DNA from: Candidatus Zixiibacteriota bacterium
GTDB taxonomy: Bacteria > Zixibacteria > MSB-5A5 > GN15 > FEB-12
Length of the DNA stretch: 64,000 nt
Direction of reading: 5' to 3'
NCBI GenBank assembly: GCA_035380245.1
Contig: DAOSXA010000004.1
Span: 13,421 to 77,420 of the forward strand
Positions 1 through 12,301 of the stretch are shown piece after piece. Below the pieces are notes generated by a model. That model searched no databases. It saw only the letters and a list, made by a program, of their open reading frames with translations, and was not told the DNA's origin. Numbering within the stretch: position 1 is the first letter of the stretch; each line of letters opens with the position of its first letter. The position numbers and the translations under genes are program-made.

Positions 1-1
1 C

Positions 2-1735
2 ATCAATCCCCGTCAACCTGTCGCCAACAACACCGCCGCTCAATCGGCCTCCAACGGCGATCTTCTTACCACCTCGACCGGCTTCGTTCTCATTCGAGTT
101 CTTAGTGCGACCGGCTTCAATATCTATGAAATGGACACCTATGGCTCGCCGATCGCCTCACCGATCGAGGTCTATCCCTCGGCTCCCGATGAGATTTTAC
201 CTTATATGGCGGCAGCCACAATTGGCGACAACACCTATGCCATTACCTGGCTGTCCGATCCGGGGACATTTTCGAACGATATCTTCACGCTGGGATACGA
301 GATTGGCGTAGGAGAGTTATTTACCGCCCAACGAGTGCATGACGACATCGGTGCGACCCAAAACTTCCCGGTAGTAGCCTTCGACGGATCCGGAACAGCC
401 CTCGTTGCCTGGATTGACTACCGTGAATCATCGAACGGCGATGTCTACGGCCAGCGTTATGATGTCTCCGGTAATCCGGTGGGCGTGAATTTTAAGATAA
501 GTCAAAGCGATCCCGGTGAGGGCAATTGCAGCCAGCTTGAAATCGTATCGAATGAAAACGGCCGGCTGGTTGCCGTCTGGGTGAAACGACAGGGATTGGG
601 CTATCGTTCTGTTGTGGGCCGAGTTCTTGACGGGGAAGACTTTGTCCCTAACGGCAATGAGTTCCTGGTATACGCGGGCGAAACCAGTTTGAGTTATTAT
701 TGGCCGGACGTCGGCGTGGCTCAGGACGGATCGTTTGCGGTGGTATATCGTAATCGCGACGAAGATGAAATCTGTAATGTATTCATGCAGCGTTTCAACT
801 CCGCAATAGTTAAAATCGGAAGCGCCGAACAGGTAAACAGTTCAGTCGGTTATGAAATAGGACTGGGCATGGACGGGCTGTCGTTCCTCCTCTCTCCTCG
901 AATTGCGATGCGTTCCGATGGCTCCTGTGCTGTAACCTGGATCGAGGGACAAGAAAGCAGTTGGCCCTGGGACGCCTATTACATAATGGGACGATTCTAC
1001 GATTCTCAGGGTATTGCCGGCGGCAGTGATTTTACCGTCAGCGATGACATGTTCGGAGTGGTCAGTTCATCCAATGAGGAAATACCGCCTGATATTGCCG
1101 TCGATGATAACGGCAACTACGCTTTTGCCTGGACCGGCGGCTATAATTCAGAATACTATGGTCTCTGGGCTCGGGTGTACGATGCTTCGGGAACTGCTTT
1201 GAGCGATCAGTTCCGTTATTTCGAATATGATGAAGTCAATTACAATCCCAGCGCTCGTATCTGTCCCGGTGTCGCGGGTGAATTCGTGGGAGTCTGGTAC
1301 ACGGTCGGTGATGAGGATGAAAATACCTTTGCTCAGCGTTTTTCCGTTAGCGGTAGAATAATGGGTGAGCCTATCGAAGTATCGGCAGATCCCACCGGCG
1401 CCGTTCAATCTTATCCCACTCTGGCATCGTTCAATGGAAATTTCCTCTTCACCTGGGAAGACCAGCGAGCGGGGAATCTGAACAACGATATATACGCCAG
1501 TTATAAAACATACGGCGCCTTTGTAACCGTATGCGCCGATATCAACGGCGATTCCTCCGGTCCGGATGTGACAGACCTGGTATACCTCGTCGATTATATG
1601 TTCCAGCAGGGACCGGCCCCGATTTACATACCGGTCTGTGATGTCGACGGCAACGGTTCGGGACCGGACATTGCCGACCTCGTGTACCTGGTTAATTACA
1701 TGTTCACCGGCGGCCCTGACCTCCAATGTCCTTGA
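2..1735 (+). CDS. Secreted repeat protein, 5' partial (reading frame open to the window edge). It has about 7 degenerate 50-55 aa repeats followed by a C-terminal dockerin-like double repeat.
   Basis: Frame 2 has no stop from nt 2, so the listed ATG at 131 is probably internal. Recurring motif of the type hhVW-x-D/R-x(3-6)-hYGQRF/Y-x-x-G-x-x-G-x-x-F/I-x-V. The tail is DINGDSSGPDVTDLVYLVDYMF...DVDGNGSGPDIADLVYLVNYMFTGGP. Confidence 0.75.
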   Translation: MNPRQPVANNTAAQSASNGDLLTTSTGFVLIRVLSATGFNIYEMDTYGSPIASPIEVYPSAPDEILPYMAAATIGDNTYAITWLSDPGTFSNDIFTLGYEIGVGELFTAQRVHDDIGATQNFPVVAFDGSGTALVAWIDYRESSNGDVYGQRYDVSGNPVGVNFKISQSDPGEGNCSQLEIVSNENGRLVAVWVKRQGLGYRSVVGRVLDGEDFVPNGNEFLVYAGETSLSYYWPDVGVAQDGSFAVVYRNRDEDEICNVFMQRFNSAIVKIGSAEQVNSSVGYEIGLGMDGLSFLLSPRIAMRSDGSCAVTWIEGQESSWPWDAYYIMGRFYDSQGIAGGSDFTVSDDMFGVVSSSNEEIPPDIAVDDNGNYAFAWTGGYNSEYYGLWARVYDASGTALSDQFRYFEYDEVNYNPSARICPGVAGEFVGVWYTVGDEDENTFAQRFSVSGRIMGEPIEVSADPTGAVQSYPTLASFNGNFLFTWEDQRAGNLNNDIYASYKTYGAFVTVCADINGDSSGPDVTDLVYLVDYMFQQGPAPIYIPVCDVDGNGSGPDIADLVYLVNYMFTGGPDLQCP

Positions 1736-1767
1736 GCGCCGCTGTTCGATAGAACATAAAGACTTAT

Positions 1768-1797
1768 AGCGGGCTCTTCTGAGCCCGCTTTCCTTTG
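1768..1797 (+). terminator. Rho-independent terminator candidate after the dockerin protein
   Basis: Hairpin agcgggctc-ttct-gagcccgct followed by a T-rich tract (ttccttt). Confidence 0.6.
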
Positions 1798-1840
1798 GCT
1801 CTCGGAGAACTTGTCCCGCTTTTGCCCTCTGTCCATTACC

Positions 1841-1869
1841 TTGACTTGAAACCACCCAGGCGCTATATT
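1841..1869 (+). promoter_or_regulatory. Sigma70-like promoter for tRNA-Leu
   Basis: TTGACT (1841-1846), 17-nt spacer, TATATT (1864-1869). The tRNA 5' end lies 16 nt downstream. Confidence 0.6.
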
Positions 1870-1884
1870 CGGCCCGCAAAACAA

Positions 1885-1966
1885 GCGAAAGTGGTGGAAT
1901 TGGTAGACACGCTGGATTTAGGATCCAGTTCCGCAAGGAATGGGGGTTCGAGTCCCCCCTTTCGCA
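1885..1966 (+). tRNA. tRNA-Leu (anticodon TAG), class II with a long variable arm; no encoded CCA
   Basis: Manual fold: acceptor GCGAAAG/CTTTCGC; anticodon stem CTGGA/TCCAG with loop TTTAGGA; variable-arm stem ttcc/ggaa; T-arm GGGGG-TTCGAGT-CCCCC. Confidence 0.9.
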
Positions 1967-2076
1967 ATAAATATCGACCCGGGCACAGAACTATTCCTGA
2001 CCCGGTTGTATTGCTTGATAAGAACAAGACGGTGCGGCCGATTGAGCCGCGACACAAGACATAACTGGAGTATGAA

Positions 2077-3345
2077 GTGAAATCCGAAGTCAAGGAAACT
2101 GAAGGCCTCCTCCGCGAGGTGACCGTTCAGATCCCGGTCGAAGCCGTAAACAGCGAGATGGAGAAGCAGTTTGCCCAACTTCGCAAGGAAGTCACCCTTA
2201 AGGGATTCCGCAAGGGCAAGGCCCCGATGGACCGGATCAAGGGGATGTACGAACAACAGGTCAAGGCCGAAGTAGTCGAGGAATTGATCCGCAAGACCTA
2301 TCCCGATGCCGTGCGGGAGCATCAACTTCGGGTTGCCTCACACCCCACCGTAACCGAGGCCGATTTCGATGACTCCGGGGCATTCATATACACCGCCCAG
2401 GTAGAAGTGTTTCCGGAAATCGGCAACATCGTCTACAACGATCTCAAGGTGAAGCTGCCGAAAATCGAGGTCAAAGACGAGGATGTAGACGAGTTCGTCG
2501 ATGCCATGCGCAAGGGCGCCGCGGAACTGCGTGTAGTCAATCGCGAAGTACAGGAAAGCGATGTGGTCGTCGCCGACCTGAAAAAACTCCTCGATCCGCA
2601 GTTGATTCTCGACTCGGACCTTTATGAGGACGAAGAGATCGACCTCGAGAACGCCGCCACCGTGAACGAATTCCGCGACAACCTCCAGGGCATGAAGTCC
2701 GGTGAAAGCAAGGATATCGAGGTGGTCTATCCCGAGGACTACCCGGACGAGAAATTCGCAGGCGCTTCCATCAAATACAACGTCACGGTAAAAAATGTCA
2801 AAGAGCGGATTCTTCCGGAGATCAACGATGATTTCGCCAAAATGACCGGTCAGGCGGAAACCGTGCTGGAACTTCGGATAAAAATCCGTGAGGAATTGAA
2901 AAACCGTATCGACAAGAACCATGATCGCAACAAGCGCGGCCAGCTAATTGAGCAGATGTGCACCCAGAACGAGATTCCGGTTCCGGGCGGCCTGGTCGAA
3001 AGTTATCTCGATAAGGTGGTTGAGGATTTCAAACGCCGGTACAGTGAAATCGACGAAACCAAACTGCGCGACAACTACCGATCGGTCGGAGAACGCACAA
3101 TTCGCTGGAACATGATCCTGCAAAAGCTTGCCCAGCAAGAAAATATTGAAGTTTTGCCCTCTGATGTCGAAAATCGGATTAAGATGTTTGCCGACAACTA
3201 CCAGATGAGCGTCGAAGAAGCCAAGCAGGCTCTGGCGAACGCCGGTACAATCGACGACATCAAGGACTCCATTACGGAGGAAAAAGTTCTCGATTTCCTG
3301 GTCGGAAAAGCAACGGTGGAACACACCGAGCCGAATAAGGGCTGA
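2077..3345 (+). CDS. tig: Trigger factor (GTG start)
   Basis: 422 aa. The N-terminus (VKETEGLLREVTVQIPVEAV...FRKGKAP) is typical of trigger factor, and it sits in the conserved tig-clpP-clpX synteny. Confidence 0.92.
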   Translation: MKSEVKETEGLLREVTVQIPVEAVNSEMEKQFAQLRKEVTLKGFRKGKAPMDRIKGMYEQQVKAEVVEELIRKTYPDAVREHQLRVASHPTVTEADFDDSGAFIYTAQVEVFPEIGNIVYNDLKVKLPKIEVKDEDVDEFVDAMRKGAAELRVVNREVQESDVVVADLKKLLDPQLILDSDLYEDEEIDLENAATVNEFRDNLQGMKSGESKDIEVVYPEDYPDEKFAGASIKYNVTVKNVKERILPEINDDFAKMTGQAETVLELRIKIREELKNRIDKNHDRNKRGQLIEQMCTQNEIPVPGGLVESYLDKVVEDFKRRYSEIDETKLRDNYRSVGERTIRWNMILQKLAQQENIEVLPSDVENRIKMFADNYQMSVEEAKQALANAGTIDDIKDSITEEKVLDFLVGKATVEHTEPNKG

Positions 3346-3397
3346 GAGAACAACCGAACCGGATAACAAGGATTCGTTAGATATCGAGTGAGGTTTT

Positions 3398-4012
3398 ATG
3401 GACGACAAGCTTTTGAATAACTACCTGGTGCCAATGGTGGTCGAACAGACCGGCCGGGGCGAGCGGGCTTACGACATATTCTCGCGACTGCTCAAGGACC
3501 GGATCATCTTCATCGGTTCACCGATCGATGATCAAGTGGCCAACCTGGTGATCGCCCAGATGCTCTTCCTCGAAGCGGAAGACCCCGAGAAAGATATTTT
3601 CGTGTATATCAACTCACCGGGTGGTTCGGTAACGGCCGGCATGGCGATTTACGACACGATGCAGTTCATCAAGCCGGATGTCACCACCACTTGTATGGGT
3701 ATCGCCGCCTCCATGGGCGCTTTCCTGCTCACGGCAGGAACCAAAGGAAAACGGGCCGCCCTGCCGAACAGCCGCGTGATGATTCACCAGCCGCTGGCCG
3801 GCACTCAGGGACAGGTTTCCGATATCGTCATTATGACCGAGGAGTTCAGCCGAACCAAGAAGCGCCTGAACGACCTCCTCGTCCACCACACCGGACAACC
3901 GTTGGAACGAATTGAAAAAGACACCGACCGGAACTTCTTCATGTCACCGGAAGAGGCTAAGGAATACGGCATCATTGATAAGGTGTACGAGTTCCAGCGC
4001 CAGGAAAAATAG
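3398..4012 (+). CDS. clpP: ATP-dependent Clp protease proteolytic subunit
   Basis: [19 protein letters not shown]...[21 protein letters not shown]...MIHQP. Confidence 0.97.
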   Translation: MDDKLLNNYLVPMVVEQTGRGERAYDIFSRLLKDRIIFIGSPIDDQVANLVIAQMLFLEAEDPEKDIFVYINSPGGSVTAGMAIYDTMQFIKPDVTTTCMGIAASMGAFLLTAGTKGKRAALPNSRVMIHQPLAGTQGQVSDIVIMTEEFSRTKKRLNDLLVHHTGQPLERIEKDTDRNFFMSPEEAKEYGIIDKVYEFQRQEK

Positions 4013-4064
4013 TCGGAGTAATAATGGCTCCCGTCACGACGGCGGGAGTCGGGAATAGGATCTC

Positions 4065-5342
4065 ATGCCCCGAGACACCGATCAATCCAGGGTGCCGCGC
4101 CGTTGTTCATTCTGCGGCAAACCGGCCGGACAGGTACGCCGGCTCTTTTCCGGTTATGAGTCGTTTATCTGTGACGAGTGCGTTGAACTGTGCAGTGATC
4201 TGCTCCACAACGCTCCCGAATCAGCTACCCCCGAGACAATCGGGGTACCGCCGACTCCGGCTGAAATCAAGAATTTCCTCGACCAGTATGTAATAGGTCA
4301 GGAACATGCCAAACGAACTGTCGCGGTAGCCGTTTATAACCACTACAAACGGATCAACTCCCAGTTCGAGGCGAAACTTGCCGGTCATAAGGCCGATGCC
4401 GACGATGTCGAACTCGAGAAATCCAACATTCTTATGCTCGGACCGACCGGAACCGGTAAAACCCTGATCGCCCGCACCCTGGCCAAATTCCTCAAGGTAC
4501 CGTTCACCATTGCCGACGCCACGGTGCTCACCGAGGCAGGTTATGTCGGCGAGGATGTCGAAAACATCCTGGTGCGCCTTTTCCAGGCGGCTAATTTCAG
4601 CCAGCAAAAAACCGAACGCGGCATTATCTACATCGACGAACTGGACAAAATCGCCCGCAAGGACGGCAATCCCTCGATTACCCGCGATGTCTCCGGCGAA
4701 GGCGTTCAACAGGGTCTGCTCAAAATCCTCGAAGGCACCGTCGCCAATATCCCTCCCAAAGGGGGACGCAAACATCCGGAACAGGCGTTCGTGCAGATCA
4801 ACACCAGCAATATCCTGTTCATCTGCGGCGGAGCTTTCGATGGTCTCGATAAAATTATCGCTCGTCGCATGGGGCGCAATGTGGTCGGGTTCGAGGCCGA
4901 GAAGACCTATATCAACGACAGCTCCCCGGATATTTACGACCATGTCCTGCCGGTCGATCTGATCAACTTCGGTCTGATCCCGGAATTGGTCGGGCGTATC
5001 CCGGTCTCAGCCGCATTGAAACCGCTCTCGGAAGAAGCTCTCCTCAGCATTCTCACCGAGCCGAAAAACGCCCTTACCAAGCAGTATGCCAAGCTGCTCG
5101 AGATGGAAGGGATCAAGCTGAAATTCGATAAGGCCGCCCTGAAAGCAGCCGTCGAGATCGCTCAGGAGCGTAAAACCGGCGCTCGCGCTCTGCGTTCTAT
5201 CTTCGAATCGGCCATGCTGGACATTATGTACGATGCGCCGTCGATGCCCGAGACAGCCGAGATTGTTATCACGGCCGCCACGATCAAAAACGGCAAAAAG
5301 CCCAAGATCATAACCCATTCTGAAAAGAAGAAGGCCGGTTGA
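4065..5342 (+). CDS. clpX: ATP-dependent Clp protease ATP-binding subunit ClpX
   Basis: N-terminal zinc-binding CSFCGK...CDEC, Walker A GPTGTGKT, and IYIDELDKI. Confidence 0.97.
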   Translation: MPRDTDQSRVPRRCSFCGKPAGQVRRLFSGYESFICDECVELCSDLLHNAPESATPETIGVPPTPAEIKNFLDQYVIGQEHAKRTVAVAVYNHYKRINSQFEAKLAGHKADADDVELEKSNILMLGPTGTGKTLIARTLAKFLKVPFTIADATVLTEAGYVGEDVENILVRLFQAANFSQQKTERGIIYIDELDKIARKDGNPSITRDVSGEGVQQGLLKILEGTVANIPPKGGRKHPEQAFVQINTSNILFICGGAFDGLDKIIARRMGRNVVGFEAEKTYINDSSPDIYDHVLPVDLINFGLIPELVGRIPVSAALKPLSEEALLSILTEPKNALTKQYAKLLEMEGIKLKFDKAALKAAVEIAQERKTGARALRSIFESAMLDIMYDAPSMPETAEIVITAATIKNGKKPKIITHSEKKKAG

Positions 5343-5374
5343 TTTTCAAGTCGACCACGGCTTAAAACGTCAAA

Positions 5375-5408
5375 GCCGTCCGCCTGAACCGGCGGGCGGC
5401 TTTTTTAA
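5375..5408 (+). terminator. Rho-independent terminator after clpX
   Basis: agccgtccgcc-tgaacc-ggcgggcggct followed by TTTTTT. Confidence 0.8.
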
Positions 5409-5478
5409 TAAGCTCCCACGAACAGTTCGCAAGTTAACGTTGGCCCCGGGTTGTATAACTCATATATTGACGGGACTT

Positions 5479-6804
5479 ATGAAGATTTTAACCAGGTACA
5501 TACTCCGCGAACATATTGGGCCGTTCATATTCGCCTTCCTTACGATTACCTTCCTGCTGGTGATCGACCTGGTTCCTAAAATCGTCGACAACGTCATCGA
5601 CAAAGACCTCGAATTGAGTGTGGTTCTTGAGTTGATCGCTCTCAACCTGGCCTGGATGCTGGCATTGTCGGTACCGATGTCGGTACTGGTGGCCACGTTG
5701 ATGGCCTTCGGGCGTCTCGGTGGTGATTTCGAAATCACCGCCATCAAAGCTTCCGGCATCAACCTTCTGCGGGTGATCTTCCCCCTGATGATTGCCGCAG
5801 GCGTGATTATGGTCGGGATGATTCAGTTCAACGACCGCATCCTCCCGGACCTGAACAAACGGGCGCGTCTGCTGTGGGGAGATATTTCCGCGATGCGCCC
5901 CACCCTAGTTTTTCGTTCCGGAGCGTTTATCACCGACCTGCCCGGCTTCCTGGTATTGATCGATAAGATCGACCATACCACCTCACGAGTGGAGGGAGTC
6001 CATATAACCGAGACGAAAGACCGCGAAAAGCCGCGCATTATCACGGCCAAATACGGCTTTCTGGAAATGACCGAACACAACACCAACATGCGTTTTACCC
6101 TTTACAACGGCGAAATCCATTCGCTGGACCTCAAGGATCCGGCGAATTACCGCAGGGTTGATTTCCAGAATTACGTCATCAATGTTTCCGATGCCCGCGA
6201 TGAACTGGTTCGTTCCGAAAGCGAACACCGTAACGACCGCGAGATGGGCATCGCCGACATGCAGGCCAAAGTCGATGCCGCCGCGGAATCAATGAATCCC
6301 TTTCGCGAGCAAATCAATTCATCCATAGCTGCCCGCGTCGATCTGATCCTGTCCGACACCCTCATCTATAACGGACCCGAGACCGATGACAGCACTCAGG
6401 CTTACCAGCACGTTCGCGATCAGGCGGCTCTGCTCTCTCGCCTGGTCGAACGTTCCGAAACACACATCCAGGGACAGGCCAAAACGGTCAGCAAATACGA
6501 TCTGGAGATTTATAAAAAATACGCCCTGCCGGCGGCCTCGGTAGCCTTCATCCTGATCGGCGCCCCGCTCGGCATCATGGCTCGCAAGGGCGGCATGGGA
6601 GTGGCGATCGCCATCTCTATCGTCTTGTTCATTCTCTACTGGGCATTCCTCATCGGCGGCGAGGACCTGGCCGACCGGCGGCTGATGTCGCCGTTCTGGG
6701 CAATGTGGGCGGCGAATTTCCTGATGTCCGCTATTGGATTGTATCTGATATTCATAGTTGTCACCGAGCGCCCGTTGCTGTTGTTTAGCAACATAAAGAA
6801 ATGA
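5479..6804 (+). CDS. LptF/LptG-family (YjgP/YjgQ) permease
   Basis: MKILTRYILREHIGPF... is a typical family N-terminus, with a TM-rich N-terminal region and C-terminal TM segments flanking a soluble domain. I prefer the ATG at 5479 over the listed TTG at 5440. Confidence 0.8.
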   Translation: MKILTRYILREHIGPFIFAFLTITFLLVIDLVPKIVDNVIDKDLELSVVLELIALNLAWMLALSVPMSVLVATLMAFGRLGGDFEITAIKASGINLLRVIFPLMIAAGVIMVGMIQFNDRILPDLNKRARLLWGDISAMRPTLVFRSGAFITDLPGFLVLIDKIDHTTSRVEGVHITETKDREKPRIITAKYGFLEMTEHNTNMRFTLYNGEIHSLDLKDPANYRRVDFQNYVINVSDARDELVRSESEHRNDREMGIADMQAKVDAAAESMNPFREQINSSIAARVDLILSDTLIYNGPETDDSTQAYQHVRDQAALLSRLVERSETHIQGQAKTVSKYDLEIYKKYALPAASVAFILIGAPLGIMARKGGMGVAIAISIVLFILYWAFLIGGEDLADRRLMSPFWAMWAANFLMSAIGLYLIFIVVTERPLLLFSNIKK

Positions 6805-7892
6805 CGCCGATGATAAAGAAACTCGACCGTTACCTCATAAAAGCTTTCCTGTCCTCACTGACTGTCGTGACTCTGGCGGTTGGCCTGACGATTATCGTCA
6901 TTAATGCCGTCGAGGAATTGCAGGATTTCATCGACCACGATGTTCCGCTGCTTTCGATCCTGGAGTATTACTTCTACTTCGGCGGCTGGGTGATCAAATC
7001 GTTCATGCCGATGTTCGTGCTCCTGGCGACTCTTTTCTCGATATCGATTCTCGCCCGACGTAACGAGATTCTCGCCATGAAAGCCTGCGGACGGTCATTG
7101 TATCGCCTGACAGCGCCGATTCTGTTGATGTCGATACTTATCGCCGCCGGCCATTTTTATTACAACGAATACGTTTTCCCTCCCGCCAATCAACGACGAG
7201 TCGAAATTAAGGAATTCGTGATCGAGAAACGCTCGCGACAGGCGATCAACCGCGTAAGTAACATCTACCGGCAAATCTCCAAGGGATATTTCTACACCAT
7301 CGCGGTCTTTAACGTCGATCGCGGCGAGGGATCCGATATAAGAATCTACAAAGCTGAAGGCGGTCGCATTAGCGAGATCACCACTGCCCCCAAAATCGAG
7401 TATGTTGATCACCGCTGGATAGCAACCGATGCCGTCGTACGCACTTTCGACCCGAAACGAGGCGAATCGTACCACGAACAGGCGGTTTTAATCCTCGATG
7501 ATATCAAGGAAAAACCGACTGATTTCAGCAAGCGGATCGGTAAACCGGAAGACATGGGTTACGACGAACTCAAGGACTATATCGAACTGATGAAACGAAC
7601 CGGCGGCCCCTACGCTCGCGAGGCGGTCGATCTGAAGGTAAAAATCTCTTATCCGATCTCGTCCTGCATCGTCGTTTTACTTTCGATCCCGTTCGCCTCT
7701 AATCCGCGGCGCGGCGGGATTGCCGTCTCGATAGCCGTGGGCGCCGGCATTTCTCTGGCGTATTTCGTACTGTTCCGTACTCTTCAGTCGGCCGGATATA
7801 GTGAGAAAATACCTCAGGAGCTGGCTGTCTGGGGTGTCAACGGTCTCTTTTTTATCATTGGCCTGACTTCATTGATTGCAGCAAGGAAATAG
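6801..7892 (+). CDS. LptF/LptG-family permease (second of the pair)
   Basis: LDRYLIKAFLSSL... Its start overlaps the stop of the upstream paralogue by 4 nt. Confidence 0.8.
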   Translation: MTPMIKKLDRYLIKAFLSSLTVVTLAVGLTIIVINAVEELQDFIDHDVPLLSILEYYFYFGGWVIKSFMPMFVLLATLFSISILARRNEILAMKACGRSLYRLTAPILLMSILIAAGHFYYNEYVFPPANQRRVEIKEFVIEKRSRQAINRVSNIYRQISKGYFYTIAVFNVDRGEGSDIRIYKAEGGRISEITTAPKIEYVDHRWIATDAVVRTFDPKRGESYHEQAVLILDDIKEKPTDFSKRIGKPEDMGYDELKDYIELMKRTGGPYAREAVDLKVKISYPISSCIVVLLSIPFASNPRRGGIAVSIAVGAGISLAYFVLFRTLQSAGYSEKIPQELAVWGVNGLFFIIGLTSLIAARK

Positions 7893-7894
7893 CA

Positions 7895-8674
7895 TTGCCT
7901 GACCATAACCACGAAAAAAACCGCAAAGCCTGGAACGAGATAGTCCGAATCCATTACGACCATCCCGACTATTGCCTCGATGAATTCCTCCGAGGCTGGT
8001 CCAGCCTTAAACCAATCGAACTGGATGCGCTGGGGGACGTCAACAACAAGACCCTCCTTCATTTAATGTGTCAGTTCGGAATGGACAGCCTTTGTTGGGC
8101 GCGCAGAGGTGCAAAAGTCACCGGAGTCGATATCTCGGACGATTCCATTGAGCTGGCCCGCAAACTGGCCGCCAAAACACACCTTAAAGCCGAATTTATC
8201 CGATCGGACGTGCTCGACCTGATCGGCAAAATCGACTCCCGATTCGATATCGTTTTTATGTCGCACGGTGTCCTCACCTGGCTGTCCGACATGAACAAAC
8301 TTGCCAGGGTCGTAGCGCACTACCTGAAACCGGGCGGGATATTTTTTGTGGTCGACGGTCACCCTATCACCGCCCTTTATGAAACCGAGGATGTCGGTTA
8401 TCTCGATAAGAAACCGGTGACTTATTCCGGCGAAACCGATTATTGTGACCGCGACTATGTAATTCAGTCCGATCTGGTGGAATTCCAGCATCCGATAGGT
8501 GAGATCGTGAACAGCTTCATCGGAGCCGGACTGCGAATTGTCGAGCTTAACGAGTATGATAAGGGCTATTATGCCGTTCGAGCCGACTGGATCAAGCGGG
8601 ACAGCTATTGGTATCCGCCGGACGGCCCGCCCCGCTATCCCCTGTTGTTCTCACTCAAGGCGGTGAAACCCTGA
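7895..8674 (+). CDS. Class I SAM-dependent methyltransferase (TTG start)
   Basis: The segment LLHLMCQFGMDSLCWARRGAKVTGVDIS matches motif I, and FDIVFMSHGVLTWL matches a post-I motif. Confidence 0.7.
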   Translation: MPDHNHEKNRKAWNEIVRIHYDHPDYCLDEFLRGWSSLKPIELDALGDVNNKTLLHLMCQFGMDSLCWARRGAKVTGVDISDDSIELARKLAAKTHLKAEFIRSDVLDLIGKIDSRFDIVFMSHGVLTWLSDMNKLARVVAHYLKPGGIFFVVDGHPITALYETEDVGYLDKKPVTYSGETDYCDRDYVIQSDLVEFQHPIGEIVNSFIGAGLRIVELNEYDKGYYAVRADWIKRDSYWYPPDGPPRYPLLFSLKAVKP

Positions 8675-8702
8675 GACATATCGAGTTAATCAATAATAGC
8701 CA

Positions 8703-8742
8703 TAAAAATAGGGTGGTGCCGCAGCATCACCCTATCGTTTTT
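8703..8742. terminator. Bidirectional terminator hairpin between convergent genes
   Basis: atagggtggtgc-cgca-gcatcaccctat is flanked by an A-run upstream and a T-run downstream, so it works on both strands. Confidence 0.7.
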
Positions 8743-8758
8743 CCATCTTAAACTAGGC

Positions 8759-11184
<2,426 letters not shown>

Positions 11185-11243
11185 TTCATGATCTCCTTAA
11201 GAAAACCACCGATGAGGGGAAAAGATGGCTGGACGGACGGAGA

Positions 11244-12218
11244 CTAATCGTAGTCGACCTCCGAAGAATCACCCACATTGAGCACCTGTGAAGTCCCTTT
11301 CACGGTGGTATTCATCCCGACCAGGGAACGTTCGATCACGGCATTGTCGATACTGGCTCCGGTCGAGATAATTGAATTCTTGATAATACAGCGGTGCACC
11401 TCGGCGCCGTCGGCAATCGACACGTACGGTCCAATCACCGATTCGGACACTTTCGCCCCCGGAGCGATGTACACCGGCGGAACGATTGTCACTCCTTCAG
11501 GGGGAGAAGTCGGAGGCAGTTTCATCAGAAAATGACGATTAGTCGCCAACACCGCTTCTTTTTTACCGCAGTCGTACCACTGCTTCACTTCAAAAGCCCG
11601 GAAACGAGCACCGTTGTCGATCATCGTTTCGAGGGCATCGGTGAGCTGTATCTCTCCCCGGGTTCGGCGACCGGATACGACCAGGTCGTTAAGAGCCTGT
11701 TTAAGCTCGGAGGAATCATAGAAATAATAAAGACCGATCAAAGCCAGATTGGTCCTGGGTTCGGCTGGTTTCTCCTGCAGGCTTACGACCATGCCGTCCT
11801 TGACTTCGGCCACTCCGAATCGTTGGGGATCATCGACCTGTCGCACTCCCAGGATATTCTCTTTATGTCTGATCAGTTCCTTCAGGTCGCATTCGACAAT
11901 CGTATCCCCAAGAATAACGAGCACCGGGCCGTCGCCGACATGGAGTAATCCCTGCTGTACGGCATAACCAAGTCCGAGAAGGCGATCCTGCCAGACAAAA
12001 GTCGCCTTGAAGTCGTAATTTTCCTCGACGAACTGCCGAATCTGACTCCCCTTATGGCCAATAACGAAAATAACTTCTTCGGGATTTAAGGCCAGAAGCG
12101 GGTCCAGCACATAGGACAAAATAGTCTTCTCCGCAACGCGAAGAAGCGGCTTCGGCTTTGACAATGTGTGCGGCCGCAGGCGTGTCCCGACACCGGCCAC
12201 CGGAATTATAACTTTCAC
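11244..12218 (-). CDS. Sugar-phosphate nucleotidyltransferase with a C-terminal left-handed beta-helix
   Basis: MKVIIPVAGVGTRLRPHTLSKPKPLL is the NTP-transferase signature. The C-terminal hexapeptide-like repeats include IGPYVSIADGAEVHRCIIKNSII. Confidence 0.85.
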   Translation of the reverse strand: MKVIIPVAGVGTRLRPHTLSKPKPLLRVAEKTILSYVLDPLLALNPEEVIFVIGHKGSQIRQFVEENYDFKATFVWQDRLLGLGYAVQQGLLHVGDGPVLVILGDTIVECDLKELIRHKENILGVRQVDDPQRFGVAEVKDGMVVSLQEKPAEPRTNLALIGLYYFYDSSELKQALNDLVVSGRRTRGEIQLTDALETMIDNGARFRAFEVKQWYDCGKKEAVLATNRHFLMKLPPTSPPEGVTIVPPVYIAPGAKVSESVIGPYVSIADGAEVHRCIIKNSIISTGASIDNAVIERSLVGMNTTVKGTSQVLNVGDSSEVDYD

Positions 12219-12301
12219 GATATACCCTTCCGCTTAGCTCGCCCCATTTTAGATGATCGCCTGCGGCGTATCAAGGTTTATTTGACTTTTTACGAGATAT
12301 G

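Noticed and set aside
11185-11243. SAM riboswitch upstream of metK
   Set aside because: Only 59 nt are available and I see none of the conserved SAM-I, SAM-II or SAM-V helices.
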